A DNA stretch of 64,000 bases. Source: Eubacteriales bacterium (GTDB lineage Bacteria > Bacillota > Clostridia > Oscillospirales > CAG-272). The notes under the pieces are model-generated. The model was not told where the DNA came from. It did no database searches and saw only the letters and a list, made by a program, of their open reading frames with translations. Below are positions 28,551-38,505 of the stretch, piece after piece. Each line of letters begins with the position of its first letter. Positions within the stretch are counted from its first letter, which is position 1. The DNA lies in NCBI GenBank assembly GCA_045586785.1, contig JAZNBA010000085.1:18022-82021 (forward strand). Direction: 5' to 3'. The position numbers were made by a program, and so were the translations under genes.

Positions 28551-28579
28551 AAGACGGCATTGTATTACGATGCCGTTTT
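28551..28579 (+). terminator. Rho-independent terminator after the phosphofructokinase gene
   Basis: ACGGCAT-tgtattacg-ATGCCGT followed by TTTT. Confidence 0.7.
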
Positions 28580-28655
28580 CCATTTATTTTAGTGTATGTA
28601 ACTGTTCTAACAAAGTTAAACTATATGTGATAAAACAGTAAAGGAACAACGTGTT

Positions 28656-30074
28656 ATGTTTAAATTGACAGATGATTACGAGCAAAATGTAGAATTTTTT
28701 GATGAGAAATTAAATGTTAAAAATAATTTTGATATTTTAAAAAAGAAACTTAAGATTGGCTCGGACGATGTTACATTATACTATATAGATGGCTTTGTTA
28801 AGGATACGGTAATGCAAAAGCTGATGATGCACTTCCTGTCGATGGATGGGGTTGGTAGTGGAGAAGCGGCGGCACAACGTTTTGCAGATGAAAAGCTTCC
28901 GTATGTAGAGGTTGAAGCAACTCAAGATGTTGATACTATGGTCAAGATGGTTATGTCCGGCGCTTCTCTTATGCTTGCTGCAGGTTTTGGATCCTGGGCA
29001 ATTATAATTGATTCACGGTCATATCCTGCACGTGACACAGCAGAGCCCGGAGATGATAAGGTCATGCGAGGTGCTCGCGATGGATTTGTTGAAACGCTTA
29101 TTTTTAATACAGCGCTTATTAGAAGGAGAATAAGGGACGCTTCGCTTGTAATGAACTATATGAGTATAGGTAAATCATCTCAAACAGATGTAGTTATCTG
29201 TTACTTGAGAGGTAAAGCGGATGAAGAATATGTACAACAACTTAAAGACAGACTTTCTTCAATAAGAACAGAATCATTGACAATGGGGCATGAATCGTTG
29301 GCTGAGTGTTTGATCCCAAATAAATGGTATAACCCATTTCCAAAGATACGTACCACAGAGCGCCCGGATTCGGCGGTTGCACAATTATTGGAGGGAAGTG
29401 TATTGATCATATGTGACAATACTCCCGAAGTAATGGTGTTACCAACTACAATTTTTGATTTTCTTCAGGAGACAAATGATTATTATTTTCCGCCATTAAC
29501 TGGATCCTATTTGCGCATCGTCCGTTATACAGTATTTATATTGACGCTTTTGCTCATTCCTACGTGGTATCTTTTGATCAGCAATCCACAAATTTTGCCA
29601 CCTTGGCTTGGTTTTGTTGTTCCAAGTGACACGGGTAAGTTGCCGATATTAGTACAATTGATACTTGTTGAATTTTTGATTGATGGATTACGTATGGCAT
29701 CGATGAACACACCGGATATGCTATCAAATTCGTTATCTATAGTTGGGGGACTTATCTTAGGTGATTTTGCGGTTGAAATAGGTTGGCTAATACCGGAAGT
29801 AATACTATATATGGCGTTTGTTGCTATAGCTAATTTTACTCAGCGTAATTATGAGTTAGGGTATGCGTTTAAATTTATGCGTATACTTGTGCTTTTGTTG
29901 ACTGCGATATTTAATGTGTGGGGATATATAGGCGGATTAATACTGGTTGCGATCTTGATCTGCACAAATAAAACCATAAATGGTAAGAGAAGATATCTGT
30001 ATCCGCTTATACCGTTTAATGCACGTGCATTTAAATCTATGATAGTGCGAGTGAAAAAACGAGATGTTTACTGA
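28656..30074 (+). CDS. spoVAF: GerA-family spore germination protein, SpoVAF-like (no adjacent GerB/GerC partners)
   Basis: 472 aa. Soluble N-terminal GerA domain (LYYIDGF, RSYPAR, EP..DKV.RG.RDGF.E) plus 4-5 C-terminal TM segments. Confidence 0.65.
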   Translation: MFKLTDDYEQNVEFFDEKLNVKNNFDILKKKLKIGSDDVTLYYIDGFVKDTVMQKLMMHFLSMDGVGSGEAAAQRFADEKLPYVEVEATQDVDTMVKMVMSGASLMLAAGFGSWAIIIDSRSYPARDTAEPGDDKVMRGARDGFVETLIFNTALIRRRIRDASLVMNYMSIGKSSQTDVVICYLRGKADEEYVQQLKDRLSSIRTESLTMGHESLAECLIPNKWYNPFPKIRTTERPDSAVAQLLEGSVLIICDNTPEVMVLPTTIFDFLQETNDYYFPPLTGSYLRIVRYTVFILTLLLIPTWYLLISNPQILPPWLGFVVPSDTGKLPILVQLILVEFLIDGLRMASMNTPDMLSNSLSIVGGLILGDFAVEIGWLIPEVILYMAFVAIANFTQRNYELGYAFKFMRILVLLLTAIFNVWGYIGGLILVAILICTNKTINGKRRYLYPLIPFNARAFKSMIVRVKKRDVY

Positions 30075-30101
30075 AATATCATTTGTTTTGGATTATATAA
30101 T

Positions 30102-30127
30102 AAAACGCCACCATGCGGTGGCGTTTT
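30102..30127. terminator. Bidirectional terminator between the spoVAF-like gene and the UDG gene
   Basis: AAAACGCCACC-atgc-GGTGGCGTTTT. Confidence 0.85.
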
Positions 30128-30138
30128 ATTATATGTAA

Positions 30139-30705
30139 TTATTGCTCTGTGTTTTGCAGTTCGTCTAATTTTTGCTTGATTTCTTTCATGTCTCTGAGCA
30201 TTTCTTCATTTTTTCGGGGATCTCTTAGCAATGCTGCAGGGTGATATACGGCGGTCATAAGAAATTTACCTTTTTCAACCCAAGTACCGTGCTCGCGCGT
30301 TATTTTATAATCGGGTTTTATTAAGCGCATTGCGGCTATTCTGCCTAAACATACAATTATTTGTGGCTGTATGATACGTACCTGATCGCGCAAATAGTTG
30401 ATACAAGCGTCTTCCTCTTGTGGTAGCGGATCGCGATTTTTAGGAGGGCGACACTTTAAAATATTTGCAATATAAACATCGGAACGCTCAATGTCTACCG
30501 CAAAGAGAAATTTGTCAAGCAACTGACCGGCGCGCCCCACAAAAGGCGTTCCACTGAGATCCTCTTGCTCTCCGGGTGCTTCTCCAACAAACATAAGTCG
30601 GGCGGTTGGGTTACCCGTTCCGAAAACGCAATTTGTACGTGTTTCATGAAGAGGGCAGTTGGTACAATCTTTACATACATTATACAATTGATCTAGTTTA
30701 TTCAT
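30139..30705 (-). CDS. Uracil-DNA glycosylase, family 4
   Basis: C..C..C.L Fe-S cysteines, GEAPGEQED and FVGRAG motifs, and a C-terminal HP motif. Confidence 0.85.
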   Translation of the reverse strand: MNKLDQLYNVCKDCTNCPLHETRTNCVFGTGNPTARLMFVGEAPGEQEDLSGTPFVGRAGQLLDKFLFAVDIERSDVYIANILKCRPPKNRDPLPQEEDACINYLRDQVRIIQPQIIVCLGRIAAMRLIKPDYKITREHGTWVEKGKFLMTAVYHPAALLRDPRKNEEMLRDMKEIKQKLDELQNTEQ

Positions 30706-30773
30706 TTTTTTTAATAGCCTCTCTTTTGACTTTACCTAATTATATCAAAAAACTAATGTAATATCAATAGGTT

Positions 30774-31349
30774 TTAAAAAACTGATAATTTTTCAATCGC
30801 ACAAGTTTCACAAATGACTTTTCCGTGTTCATTTATGTAAGGCATGGTGCTTTCAAACGATAAACTATATCCGAATTCATTTATCATATTGTTTAAATGT
30901 GATATATCCAATCCATCTTCCGGAGTTAATAAAAGGTAGCATGTTCCCATTTCATCTATCCAAGTTTTGCTATCCAAATGGTATGCATACGATCCTATAA
31001 GGCGACATGCCAATATCATATCGTGTAAAGTCTTAAAAGAAAATATCATCGGGTCGTATTTAGATTGTTTTGTTTGCAAGGCATGACATTTTGAAGTGCA
31101 TAAGGAAGCTATTTTGGTTACATACATTTCGCACCCTCCTTCTTTAGATGGATAGAGCTGTATAAAAACTTTGTCGCTTGCAGCATCAAATCCGGTTTTA
31201 TGCTTGGCTTCATCGAGTATGTCCCAAAATGCTCGTCTGGTTTCGGTATTATTATAGTTTGCGCAGTTGCAATCAAGACGGTAGTGTTCCATGTCTGAAT
31301 TGTTTAGTATTATCTTGAGCTTGGTGTCGTTTATTAGAATAAGTTCCAT
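30774..31349 (-). CDS. mecA: Adaptor protein MecA
   Basis: The N-terminus MELILINDTKLKIIL...D resembles MecA (MEIERINE.T.K). The C-terminal domain has the typical YLL...EDG...L.EFG pattern. Start set at ATG 31349 with a GGGAG SD. Confidence 0.65.
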   Translation of the reverse strand: MELILINDTKLKIILNNSDMEHYRLDCNCANYNNTETRRAFWDILDEAKHKTGFDAASDKVFIQLYPSKEGGCEMYVTKIASLCTSKCHALQTKQSKYDPMIFSFKTLHDMILACRLIGSYAYHLDSKTWIDEMGTCYLLLTPEDGLDISHLNNMINEFGYSLSFESTMPYINEHGKVICETCAIEKLSVF

Positions 31350-31444
31350 TTCCAATCTCCCTTGAAAGTTATCTATAATGTAATTATAATCTATATGTAT
31401 CAAAAATGTAACCCCTAAAATAATGGAAATACGTTGATATTACA

Positions 31445-31473
31445 TTGACGAATTAAAAAAAATATGGTAATAT
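31445..31473 (+). promoter_or_regulatory. Candidate sigma-A promoter of the helicase gene
   Basis: TTGACG, then 17 nt, then TGgTAATAT. Confidence 0.5.
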
Positions 31474-31501
31474 TAATTTATCACTCAGCGAAAGGAGACC
31501 G

Positions 31502-33859
31502 ATGGTGAGATACAACCGATTGACGCACGAAGTGGAGATTACTGTCGGTGATCTTTGCACTTTGAACACAGATGCCAATTTTGCCGATATGACGAGTATG
31601 CTCGGGTATACTGAGCAGTGTTCTGTCGAATCTGAGACGATATGTTTTAAATATAAACACGATGGAATTGTTTTTTCGCTGAGAGGTGAACTATTAAAGC
31701 GTGGGGATGTATTGTTTGAAACAACCGCACGGTCGTCTGATGGTAATATATTGCCGGTAAAACAGCATACTTGCATTATGGCATTTGTATATTGCAGTAT
31801 GCAAAATTATAAAGATGTGTCGGTTGAAAGTGTTGTTTTGGGCGACGATGGAGTATTGTCCGATGTGTTTTTAAGAAATAAAACATATGCATCGTTGGAG
31901 AAATTATTTATACGCAAGCTATCACGTTTGATACCTCTCGCAAAGATGCTGCAAGAACGCGGAGAAACAATATTACCTTATAGTTCAGACGTGAAATTTC
32001 CTTATCCTGCTCTGCGAAAAGGTCAGCGCTTGATGATGACAGAGTGCTATGATGCAATGTCAAGAGAAAAAAGATTATTTGTGCAAGCGCCTACAGGCAT
32101 CGGCAAAACTATTTCGGTGCTGTATCCGGCTGTTAAATTTCTTGGTAGCGGTAAGTGTGATAAAATATTTTATCTTACCGCTAAAGGTAGTACACAAGCA
32201 GAGGCGTATCGGGCTGCCGGAGCTTTATTTTCAACCGGTGCACATCTAAGAACTATTGTGATATCTGCTAAAGAGCAGATTTGTTGTTGTCCCGAATGTA
32301 TGACGAGTGGGATTTGCGATGCCATCACTTGCAAGTTCGCCAAATACTCAGAGGAGGAGATGGGTGAGGCGATTAATGATTTATTAGCATTGCAAAATGG
32401 GTATGAAAAGAATGTCGTTATTAAAATGGCAATAAAACATAAGGTATGTCCATATGAATTGTCTCTTTGTTTAGCTGAGTTTTGCGAGATAATTATTGCT
32501 GATTATAACTATATTTTTGATCCTTCGGTTTATTTCAGGCGTTTTTTTGCGGACAGGGACCGTACTGATCAATACGTATTTTTAGTGGACGAAGCGCACA
32601 ATTTGGCAGATAGAGCAAGAGAAATGTATTCTGCGGAGTTGTCGACACATTTGTTTAAAAAATTACATGACGAGATTGCGCATGCTTTACCGCAACTTGC
32701 AGAACAATTAGATAATGTGTTGGCTCAAATGGAAAAAATGAGATGTTTGTGCGCTGATAGTTTGACAAAAGATGAATGGGGCATAGAAAGAGGATTTTAT
32801 CTCAGTCAAGAGCGTTACGATAATTTGGACGAATGCCTGGAGACATTATATCGGTCTCTTGTATTAAACATGAGAAAGGGAAGAACGACGCCTTTTTATC
32901 GGGGAATGGCTACATTGTATCATGATATAAGTAAATACATAACAATATCTAATTTATACATCGACGGTTCTGTGTTTTATTGTGATGTTGAGGGAGATAG
33001 TATTCGAATAAAATCTATCTGCATAGACCCGTCTAAAATGTTGGATGAAAGAATGAGCTGGGCTAAATCATCTATACTGTTTTCCGCAACACTGACGCCT
33101 CAAGATTATTTTATTGATATATTGGGCGGTGGTCCAAAGGCTGTGGGACTTGCTTTAAAGTCTCCGTTTGATGATGATAATTTGTTTTTAGCCGCAGTTG
33201 ATGATGTTAGTACAAGGTATGAGGATCGTCCCAAAAGCGTAGGTCGCATAGTGTCGTATATTGCAGCAACTGTTAGCTGCAAAAAAGGAAATTATATGGT
33301 CTATTTTCCGTCTTATGAGTATATGGATAATGTGGCATCACTTTTTGAGAAAAAATATCCTAATGTTCGAATTATGTTGCAAACACGTCACATGACAAGA
33401 GAAGATAAGCAAGCATACATCGATGAATTTCGCGCAAATGATGGTTTGATGCGAGTGGGATTTTGTGTACTCAGAGGCAGCTTTTCGGAAGGAATAGATC
33501 TGCCGGGTAACAGCTTGATAGGCGTAGTAATAATAGGAGTCGGCATCCCCGGCATTTCAAGCGAAAGAAATATTATGCGTGATCATTTTGACGTTGTTGG
33601 TGAGCGAGGGTATGATTATGCATACACCTATCCGGGAATGAACAATGTTTTGCAAGCTGCAGGTCGAGTTATACGGAGTGAGTCGGATTGTGGTGTGGTG
33701 GTGCTGTTGGACGATAGATATGCCACAGAAAAATATAACGAGATGTATCCTGAACATTGGTCAAAAATGAAACATTTTTGTCAGCCCGTTTCACTAAATG
33801 ATGAAATAAAGCGATTTTGGCGCGATAAAAGTTCAAAAAATGCAAAAAACAATAATTAA
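31502..33859 (+). CDS. XPD/Rad3/DinG-family ATP-dependent DNA helicase with an Fe-S cluster insertion
   Basis: Walker A QAPTGIGKT, DEAH box (VDEAHNL), cysteine cluster CCCPEC...C....C, and C-terminal helicase motifs (FSATL, QAAGRVIR). Confidence 0.75.
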   Translation: MVRYNRLTHEVEITVGDLCTLNTDANFADMTSMLGYTEQCSVESETICFKYKHDGIVFSLRGELLKRGDVLFETTARSSDGNILPVKQHTCIMAFVYCSMQNYKDVSVESVVLGDDGVLSDVFLRNKTYASLEKLFIRKLSRLIPLAKMLQERGETILPYSSDVKFPYPALRKGQRLMMTECYDAMSREKRLFVQAPTGIGKTISVLYPAVKFLGSGKCDKIFYLTAKGSTQAEAYRAAGALFSTGAHLRTIVISAKEQICCCPECMTSGICDAITCKFAKYSEEEMGEAINDLLALQNGYEKNVVIKMAIKHKVCPYELSLCLAEFCEIIIADYNYIFDPSVYFRRFFADRDRTDQYVFLVDEAHNLADRAREMYSAELSTHLFKKLHDEIAHALPQLAEQLDNVLAQMEKMRCLCADSLTKDEWGIERGFYLSQERYDNLDECLETLYRSLVLNMRKGRTTPFYRGMATLYHDISKYITISNLYIDGSVFYCDVEGDSIRIKSICIDPSKMLDERMSWAKSSILFSATLTPQDYFIDILGGGPKAVGLALKSPFDDDNLFLAAVDDVSTRYEDRPKSVGRIVSYIAATVSCKKGNYMVYFPSYEYMDNVASLFEKKYPNVRIMLQTRHMTREDKQAYIDEFRANDGLMRVGFCVLRGSFSEGIDLPGNSLIGVVIIGVGIPGISSERNIMRDHFDVVGERGYDYAYTYPGMNNVLQAAGRVIRSESDCGVVVLLDDRYATEKYNEMYPEHWSKMKHFCQPVSLNDEIKRFWRDKSSKNAKNNN

Positions 33860-33874
33860 AATTGCAAAAAGGTG

Positions 33875-33903
33875 TTGCTTTTTAGAAAAAAATATGATAT
33901 AAT
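33875..33903 (+). promoter_or_regulatory. Candidate sigma-A promoter of the aminotransferase / TIGR01212 operon
   Basis: TTGCTT, then 17 nt, then TGaTATAAT. It lies between the helicase stop codon and its terminator. Confidence 0.45.
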
Positions 33904-33905
33904 AC

Positions 33906-33942
33906 AATTCGGCGGTGTCATTTTGCCGCCGAATTTCATTTT
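33906..33942 (+). terminator. Rho-independent terminator after the helicase gene
   Basis: AATTCGGCGG-tgtcattttg-CCGCCGAATT followed by a T-rich tail. Confidence 0.7.
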
Positions 33943-33972
33943 ATATATATAGGTACTATGCGGAGGTGCACC

Positions 33973-35268
33973 TTGGAATATAAACTTATGAGTCCTACTG
34001 AGATTTCCATTGAGCGCGATGGTTTAGTTCGTCGCTACAGGGAATATCAAAAAATGAAGTTGAATCTTGATCTGTCTCGCGGCAAGCCCGGTCAAAAACA
34101 GCTTGATATGCTGACGGGAATGTTAGATTGCATTTCCGAGGCATCAGACTGCCGTTCCGAGACGGGATTTGATTATAGAAATTATGGTTTGCTTGACGGT
34201 GTTCCGGAAGCTAAGAAGATATTTTCTGACTTGCTTGGCATAGATAAGGACATGATAATGGTTTGCGGTAATTCATCACTTAACCTCATGTATGATGCTA
34301 TGGCGCGTGCAATGTTGTACGGTGTTGCCGGCGGAAACGGTCCTTGGATAAAAAATGCCAAAAATAAATTTTTGTGTCCTGTGCCCGGATATGACAGACA
34401 TTTTGCGATTTGCGAATCGTTGGGCATAGAAATGATAAATGTTGCCATGACTCCCACAGGCCCCGATATGGATGAAGTTGAACGTTTGGTTTCAGGTGAT
34501 GCTGATATAAGAGGTATATGGTGTTGCCCCAAATATTCTAATCCCGATGGCTATACATATTCTGATGAAACAGTTGAACGCTTTGCTAAATTGAAGCCTG
34601 CATCACCTGATTTCAGAATTTTTTGGGATAACGCATATGCGGTTCATGACCTGTATGACAATGATAGGGATGAACTCGCTGATATTTTTGAGGCTTGCCG
34701 ACGTCACGGTAGTGAAAATTCTGTCTTCTACTTTGCATCTACTTCTAAAATATCATTCCCGGGTTCGGGGGTAGCAATTTTGGCGGCCTCTGTTGAAAAC
34801 CTGAACCAGATCAAAAAGATCATGGGTGTTCAGACTATAGGTTTTGATAAGATCAACCAAATAAGACATGTGCGTTATTTTAGAAATGCAGATAATATAC
34901 GAGAGCATATGAAAGTATTGGCGTCTATTATTAGACCCAAGTTTGATATTGTCAATAAAGTCCTTGTGGATGAGATAGGTGATACAGGCGCCGCTCATTG
35001 GAACAGCCCTAAGGGCGGATATTTTATAAGCTTGTATACGATGGATGGCTGTGCGCGTCGCGCGTTTGAACTTGCTTCTCAAGTGGGCGTTAAAATGACC
35101 CCTGCCGGTTCGGCATATCCTTACGGCAAAGATGCACACGATAGTCATATAAGAATTGCTCCAACGTATCCTTCTGATGAAGAACTGATAATTGCAATGC
35201 ACGTTTTCAGCGTCTGTGTAAAATTGGCTGCTGTTGAAAAGTGCACGGGAATTACATCACAAATATGA
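33973..35268 (+). CDS. PLP-dependent aminotransferase (class I/II fold)
   Basis: About 430 aa. [10 protein letters not shown]-type lysine region (STSKISFPG) and aspartate-aminotransferase-like architecture. The start is ambiguous: TTG 33973 sits 6 nt after GGAGG, and ATG 33958 and ATG 33988 are alternatives. Confidence 0.6.
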   Translation: MEYKLMSPTEISIERDGLVRRYREYQKMKLNLDLSRGKPGQKQLDMLTGMLDCISEASDCRSETGFDYRNYGLLDGVPEAKKIFSDLLGIDKDMIMVCGNSSLNLMYDAMARAMLYGVAGGNGPWIKNAKNKFLCPVPGYDRHFAICESLGIEMINVAMTPTGPDMDEVERLVSGDADIRGIWCCPKYSNPDGYTYSDETVERFAKLKPASPDFRIFWDNAYAVHDLYDNDRDELADIFEACRRHGSENSVFYFASTSKISFPGSGVAILAASVENLNQIKKIMGVQTIGFDKINQIRHVRYFRNADNIREHMKVLASIIRPKFDIVNKVLVDEIGDTGAAHWNSPKGGYFISLYTMDGCARRAFELASQVGVKMTPAGSAYPYGKDAHDSHIRIAPTYPSDEELIIAMHVFSVCVKLAAVEKCTGITSQI

Positions 35269-36239
35269 AAGTAACTCAAGCAAATTGTAATCCATTCCCT
35301 AATAGTGACACCAACAAACGATATTACACATATGAGTATTATTTGAGGAATACGTTTGGCGGTAAGTGTGCAAAGCTTCCTGTTGATGCGGGCTTTACTT
35401 GTCCCAATATTGACGGGAGGTGCGGCGTTGGTGGTTGCATATATTGCTCATCCAAGGGGAGCGGCGATTTTGCCGGCTCCCCTGAGTTGCCTATTTTGCA
35501 ACAGTTGAAGCAAGTTGCAGATAGATTGAGCTCTAAATGGATGACTAAAAAATATATAGCATATTTTCAAGCACATACTAATACGTATGCGCCCTTGGAT
35601 GTACTGAAAAAGAAGTATTCCGAAGCACTTGCATATCCGGGCGTTGTGGGACTTAACATAGCAACTCGCGCAGATTGCTTGTCAAGCGATACGGTAGAAT
35701 ACTTGGCAGAGCTTTCTGAAAAGACTGTGCTTACTGTAGAGCTTGGACTTCAAACCGCTTGTGACGAAACGGCTCGCATTATTAACAGAGGGCACACATA
35801 CGCTCAATTTGAAGATGGATATGGGCGATTGCGCACGGCAGGGAAAAAAATAAACATATGTATACACTCTATTTTGGGTTTACCCGGTGAAGATGAACTG
35901 ATGATGAAGCATACTGCTAATAAAATAGCAGAACTGCATCCGGATCAGGTTAAAATACATTTGCTTCATGTTTTGCGCGGAACACGGCTTGGAGATATGT
36001 ATTTAGCAGGAAACTATGTTCCGCTGGAACGCGAAGAATATATAAAATTGGTGGCAGATACACTTGAGCTTTTACCGCCGGATATTGTAATAGCGCGTTT
36101 GACAGGTGATGGCGCGGCAAATGATCTTTTGGCACCGGAGTGGAGCCAAAAAAAGACAACCATTATAAACGATATAGATAAAACTTTATATAGCAGAAAC
36201 AGCATGCAAGGTGCAAGATATGTGGGAAATACAAAATAA
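35265..36239 (+). CDS. TIGR01212-family radical SAM protein
   Basis: [39 protein letters not shown] is characteristic of the family. ATGA overlap with the upstream gene. Confidence 0.8.
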   Translation: MKVTQANCNPFPNSDTNKRYYTYEYYLRNTFGGKCAKLPVDAGFTCPNIDGRCGVGGCIYCSSKGSGDFAGSPELPILQQLKQVADRLSSKWMTKKYIAYFQAHTNTYAPLDVLKKKYSEALAYPGVVGLNIATRADCLSSDTVEYLAELSEKTVLTVELGLQTACDETARIINRGHTYAQFEDGYGRLRTAGKKINICIHSILGLPGEDELMMKHTANKIAELHPDQVKIHLLHVLRGTRLGDMYLAGNYVPLEREEYIKLVADTLELLPPDIVIARLTGDGAANDLLAPEWSQKKTTIINDIDKTLYSRNSMQGARYVGNTK

Positions 36240-36249
36240 ACAAAATTCA

Positions 36250-36278
36250 AACGGCGATTTTTTATTCGCCGTTTTTTT
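36250..36278 (+). terminator. Rho-independent terminator
   Basis: AACGGCGA-ttttttat-TCGCCGTT followed by TTTTT. Confidence 0.8.
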
Positions 36279-36319
36279 ATTTTATATAATAAAATAAAAT
36301 AAAAATATTTGCAAACCTA

Positions 36320-36348
36320 TTGCAATCTTATAAATTTTGTTATATAAT
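36320..36348 (+). promoter_or_regulatory. dcw-cluster (mraZ) sigma-A promoter
   Basis: TTGCAA, then 17 nt, then TATAAT. Confidence 0.6.
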
Positions 36349-36353
36349 AATAT

Positions 36354-36384
36354 AAAAGTGGTTGAAAGTGGTTTGAAATGATTA
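36354..36384 (+). promoter_or_regulatory. Direct repeats just downstream of the -10 box: probable MraZ operator
   Basis: AAAGTGGTT / GAAAGTGGTT / GAAATGATT at a period of about 10-11 nt. MraZ proteins bind phased GTG-containing direct repeats at their own promoter. Confidence 0.5.
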
Positions 36385-36405
36385 AAAATGTAGGCGGAGG
36401 TTCAA

Positions 36406-36828
36406 ATGTTATCAGGAACTTATAAGTATGTGCTTGATCCTAAAAACAGAATATTTGTGCCTGCCGGCTTTCGCGAAGAATTGGGTGCGTCGTTTATTGT
36501 GACTCGCAGCTTCCGTGATAGATTTCTTTGCTTTTATTCACAGCGCTCTTGGGAGGAATATATAGCCCCTTTAAAAGCTGCTCCGAGAAAAACATCAGAG
36601 GATACTTTGCGATTTCTTTATCGTACTGCTGCCGAGGTGACGCCAGATTCGCAGGGAAGGATACTTCTTCCTCAAACGCTGGTTGACTATGCTGGAATAG
36701 ATAAAAACACATATATCATTGGTGTTGGAGAATACGGTGAAATATGGTCGGAAGCCTCGTATTTAATCAAGACTGAAAATGAAAACGTTGAAAAAATGAG
36801 AGAAGAGTTAGAGCTTCTCGGATTGTGA
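36406..36828 (+). CDS. mraZ: Transcriptional regulator MraZ
   Basis: 140 aa. Two SpoVT/AbrB-like halves with DPKNRIFVP and DSQGRILLP motifs. Confidence 0.92.
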   Translation: MLSGTYKYVLDPKNRIFVPAGFREELGASFIVTRSFRDRFLCFYSQRSWEEYIAPLKAAPRKTSEDTLRFLYRTAAEVTPDSQGRILLPQTLVDYAGIDKNTYIIGVGEYGEIWSEASYLIKTENENVEKMREELELLGL

Positions 36829-37775
36829 TTGATATGGATAACATTATTTTTACTCACAAGCCGGTCATGTATGAAGAGTGCATGACTGCGTTGAATATTA
36901 AACCGGACGGAATTTATGTGGACGGTACTGCTGGCGGGGGCGGCCATTCATCAGGAATAGCTTCGCGACTTACTACAGGCCGACTTATTTCCATAGATCA
37001 GGACGCAGATGCTATTGCGGCAGCAGGTGCACGATTGGTGGAGTTCGGTGATAGGGTAACTCTGGTAAGAGATAATTTTAAAAATATAGCGTCGGTTTGC
37101 GCATCATTGGGAATAAATAAAATTGATGGTGTTTTGCTTGACCTTGGCGTGTCTTCCTATCAATTGGATACTGCTGACAGAGGATTCTCATATAACGCGA
37201 ATGCGCCGCTGGATATGCGTATGGACCAAAGATGTGAAAAAAGCGCATATCACATTGTAAATGAATATGCATTTAATGATTTGAAGCGTATAATATATGA
37301 TTACGGCGAAGAGCGCTTTGCACCCAAAATCGCGTCTGCAATAGTTAATGCTCGTCAAAGTAAAAAAATTGAAACCACCGGAGAGTTGGCGAATATTATA
37401 AAGCTTGCAATACCATCAAGTGCCAGAGACGGAGGGCATCATCCTGCCAAAAGAACTTTCCAAGCTATCAGAATAGAAGTTAACGGCGAGCTTGATGTAA
37501 TAGCACCTGCAATACGTGATGCTGTAAAGCTTTTGAATGTTGGCGGTCGTGCGGCTATTATTACATTTCATTCTTTGGAAGATAGGATTACCAAGCAAAC
37601 ATTTGCGTCCCTTGCATCGGGATGTACTTGTCCGCGTGATTTTCCTGTTTGTGTTTGCGGCAAGCGTCCTGAAGTTAAACTTATTGGTAACAAGCCTATA
37701 GTTTCATCAGCAGAAGAATTGGATGATAATCCTCGTGCGCGAAGCGCCAAGCTAAGAGTCGTAGAAAAAGTTTAA
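36825..37775 (+). CDS. rsmH: 16S rRNA (cytosine1402-N4)-methyltransferase
   Basis: HKPVM, YVDGTAGGGGHS, DLGVSS.QLD and FHSLEDR motifs. GTG 36825 overlaps the mraZ stop (GTGA); ATG 36834 is an alternative start. Confidence 0.9.
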   Translation: MIDMDNIIFTHKPVMYEECMTALNIKPDGIYVDGTAGGGGHSSGIASRLTTGRLISIDQDADAIAAAGARLVEFGDRVTLVRDNFKNIASVCASLGINKIDGVLLDLGVSSYQLDTADRGFSYNANAPLDMRMDQRCEKSAYHIVNEYAFNDLKRIIYDYGEERFAPKIASAIVNARQSKKIETTGELANIIKLAIPSSARDGGHHPAKRTFQAIRIEVNGELDVIAPAIRDAVKLLNVGGRAAIITFHSLEDRITKQTFASLASGCTCPRDFPVCVCGKRPEVKLIGNKPIVSSAEELDDNPRARSAKLRVVEKV

Positions 37776-37787
37776 GGAGGATAACAT

Positions 37788-38438
37788 ATGAATGGAAATA
37801 TGTGCAATAATTCATCTTATTGCAGGCGTCATGCGTATGTAACTCGCAATAAATCTCAATCCCGTCACTTGGGTGTATCATTCAAAGATTCTTATGATAA
37901 TTCTCATGATTTTTTGAAATGCAATAATGCCAAAGTCGTGACTAATAACAATATTTTAAAAAAGACATATAACAAATTGACATTACTGGTTTCTGATAAA
38001 CAATCTTTTAATCAAATGATTGACAAAGCCGCTGATTGGCTTGAAGTTGATGATAAATCACTTCGTGTTGAAGGCGTAAAAAAGAAAATTCCGGTGAAAT
38101 TGATATCGAGCGTAATTGTGATAGCTATTTCACTGATGCTTATTGTATCAGGGGCTGTAATAAGCTCTAAAGCTAATATGGAGTTATATGCGTCTGAAAA
38201 CAAGCTTGCGGAGCTACGTGAGCGTGAATCTTATATTGATGAGGCGCTGGAATTAAAAAATGACCTTGTTTATATAGAAGATATAGCGCGTAACAAACTC
38301 GGGATGATAGATCGCGAATATGGTACAGTTATGTATATTGACAAGAATAATAATGATAGAATAGAGATATATGAAAAATCGACAGATACATCGGCTTTTC
38401 ATGCATTGTTAAATGCACTGGGATTTTTTGAAGAATAA
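37788..38438 (+). CDS. ftsL: FtsL-like cell-division protein (long N-terminal cytoplasmic extension)
   Basis: AAGGAGG SD. A single TM (LISSVIVIAISLMLIVSGAVISS) is followed by a coiled coil. It sits between rsmH and the PBP gene. Confidence 0.5.
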   Translation: MNGNMCNNSSYCRRHAYVTRNKSQSRHLGVSFKDSYDNSHDFLKCNNAKVVTNNNILKKTYNKLTLLVSDKQSFNQMIDKAADWLEVDDKSLRVEGVKKKIPVKLISSVIVIAISLMLIVSGAVISSKANMELYASENKLAELRERESYIDEALELKNDLVYIEDIARNKLGMIDREYGTVMYIDKNNNDRIEIYEKSTDTSAFHALLNALGFFEE

Positions 38439-38505
38439 TTCAAGGATATCAATAATATAATTAGCATAGTATGAATAAAGCATACATTGAAAGCGAGGCG
38501 GTATA

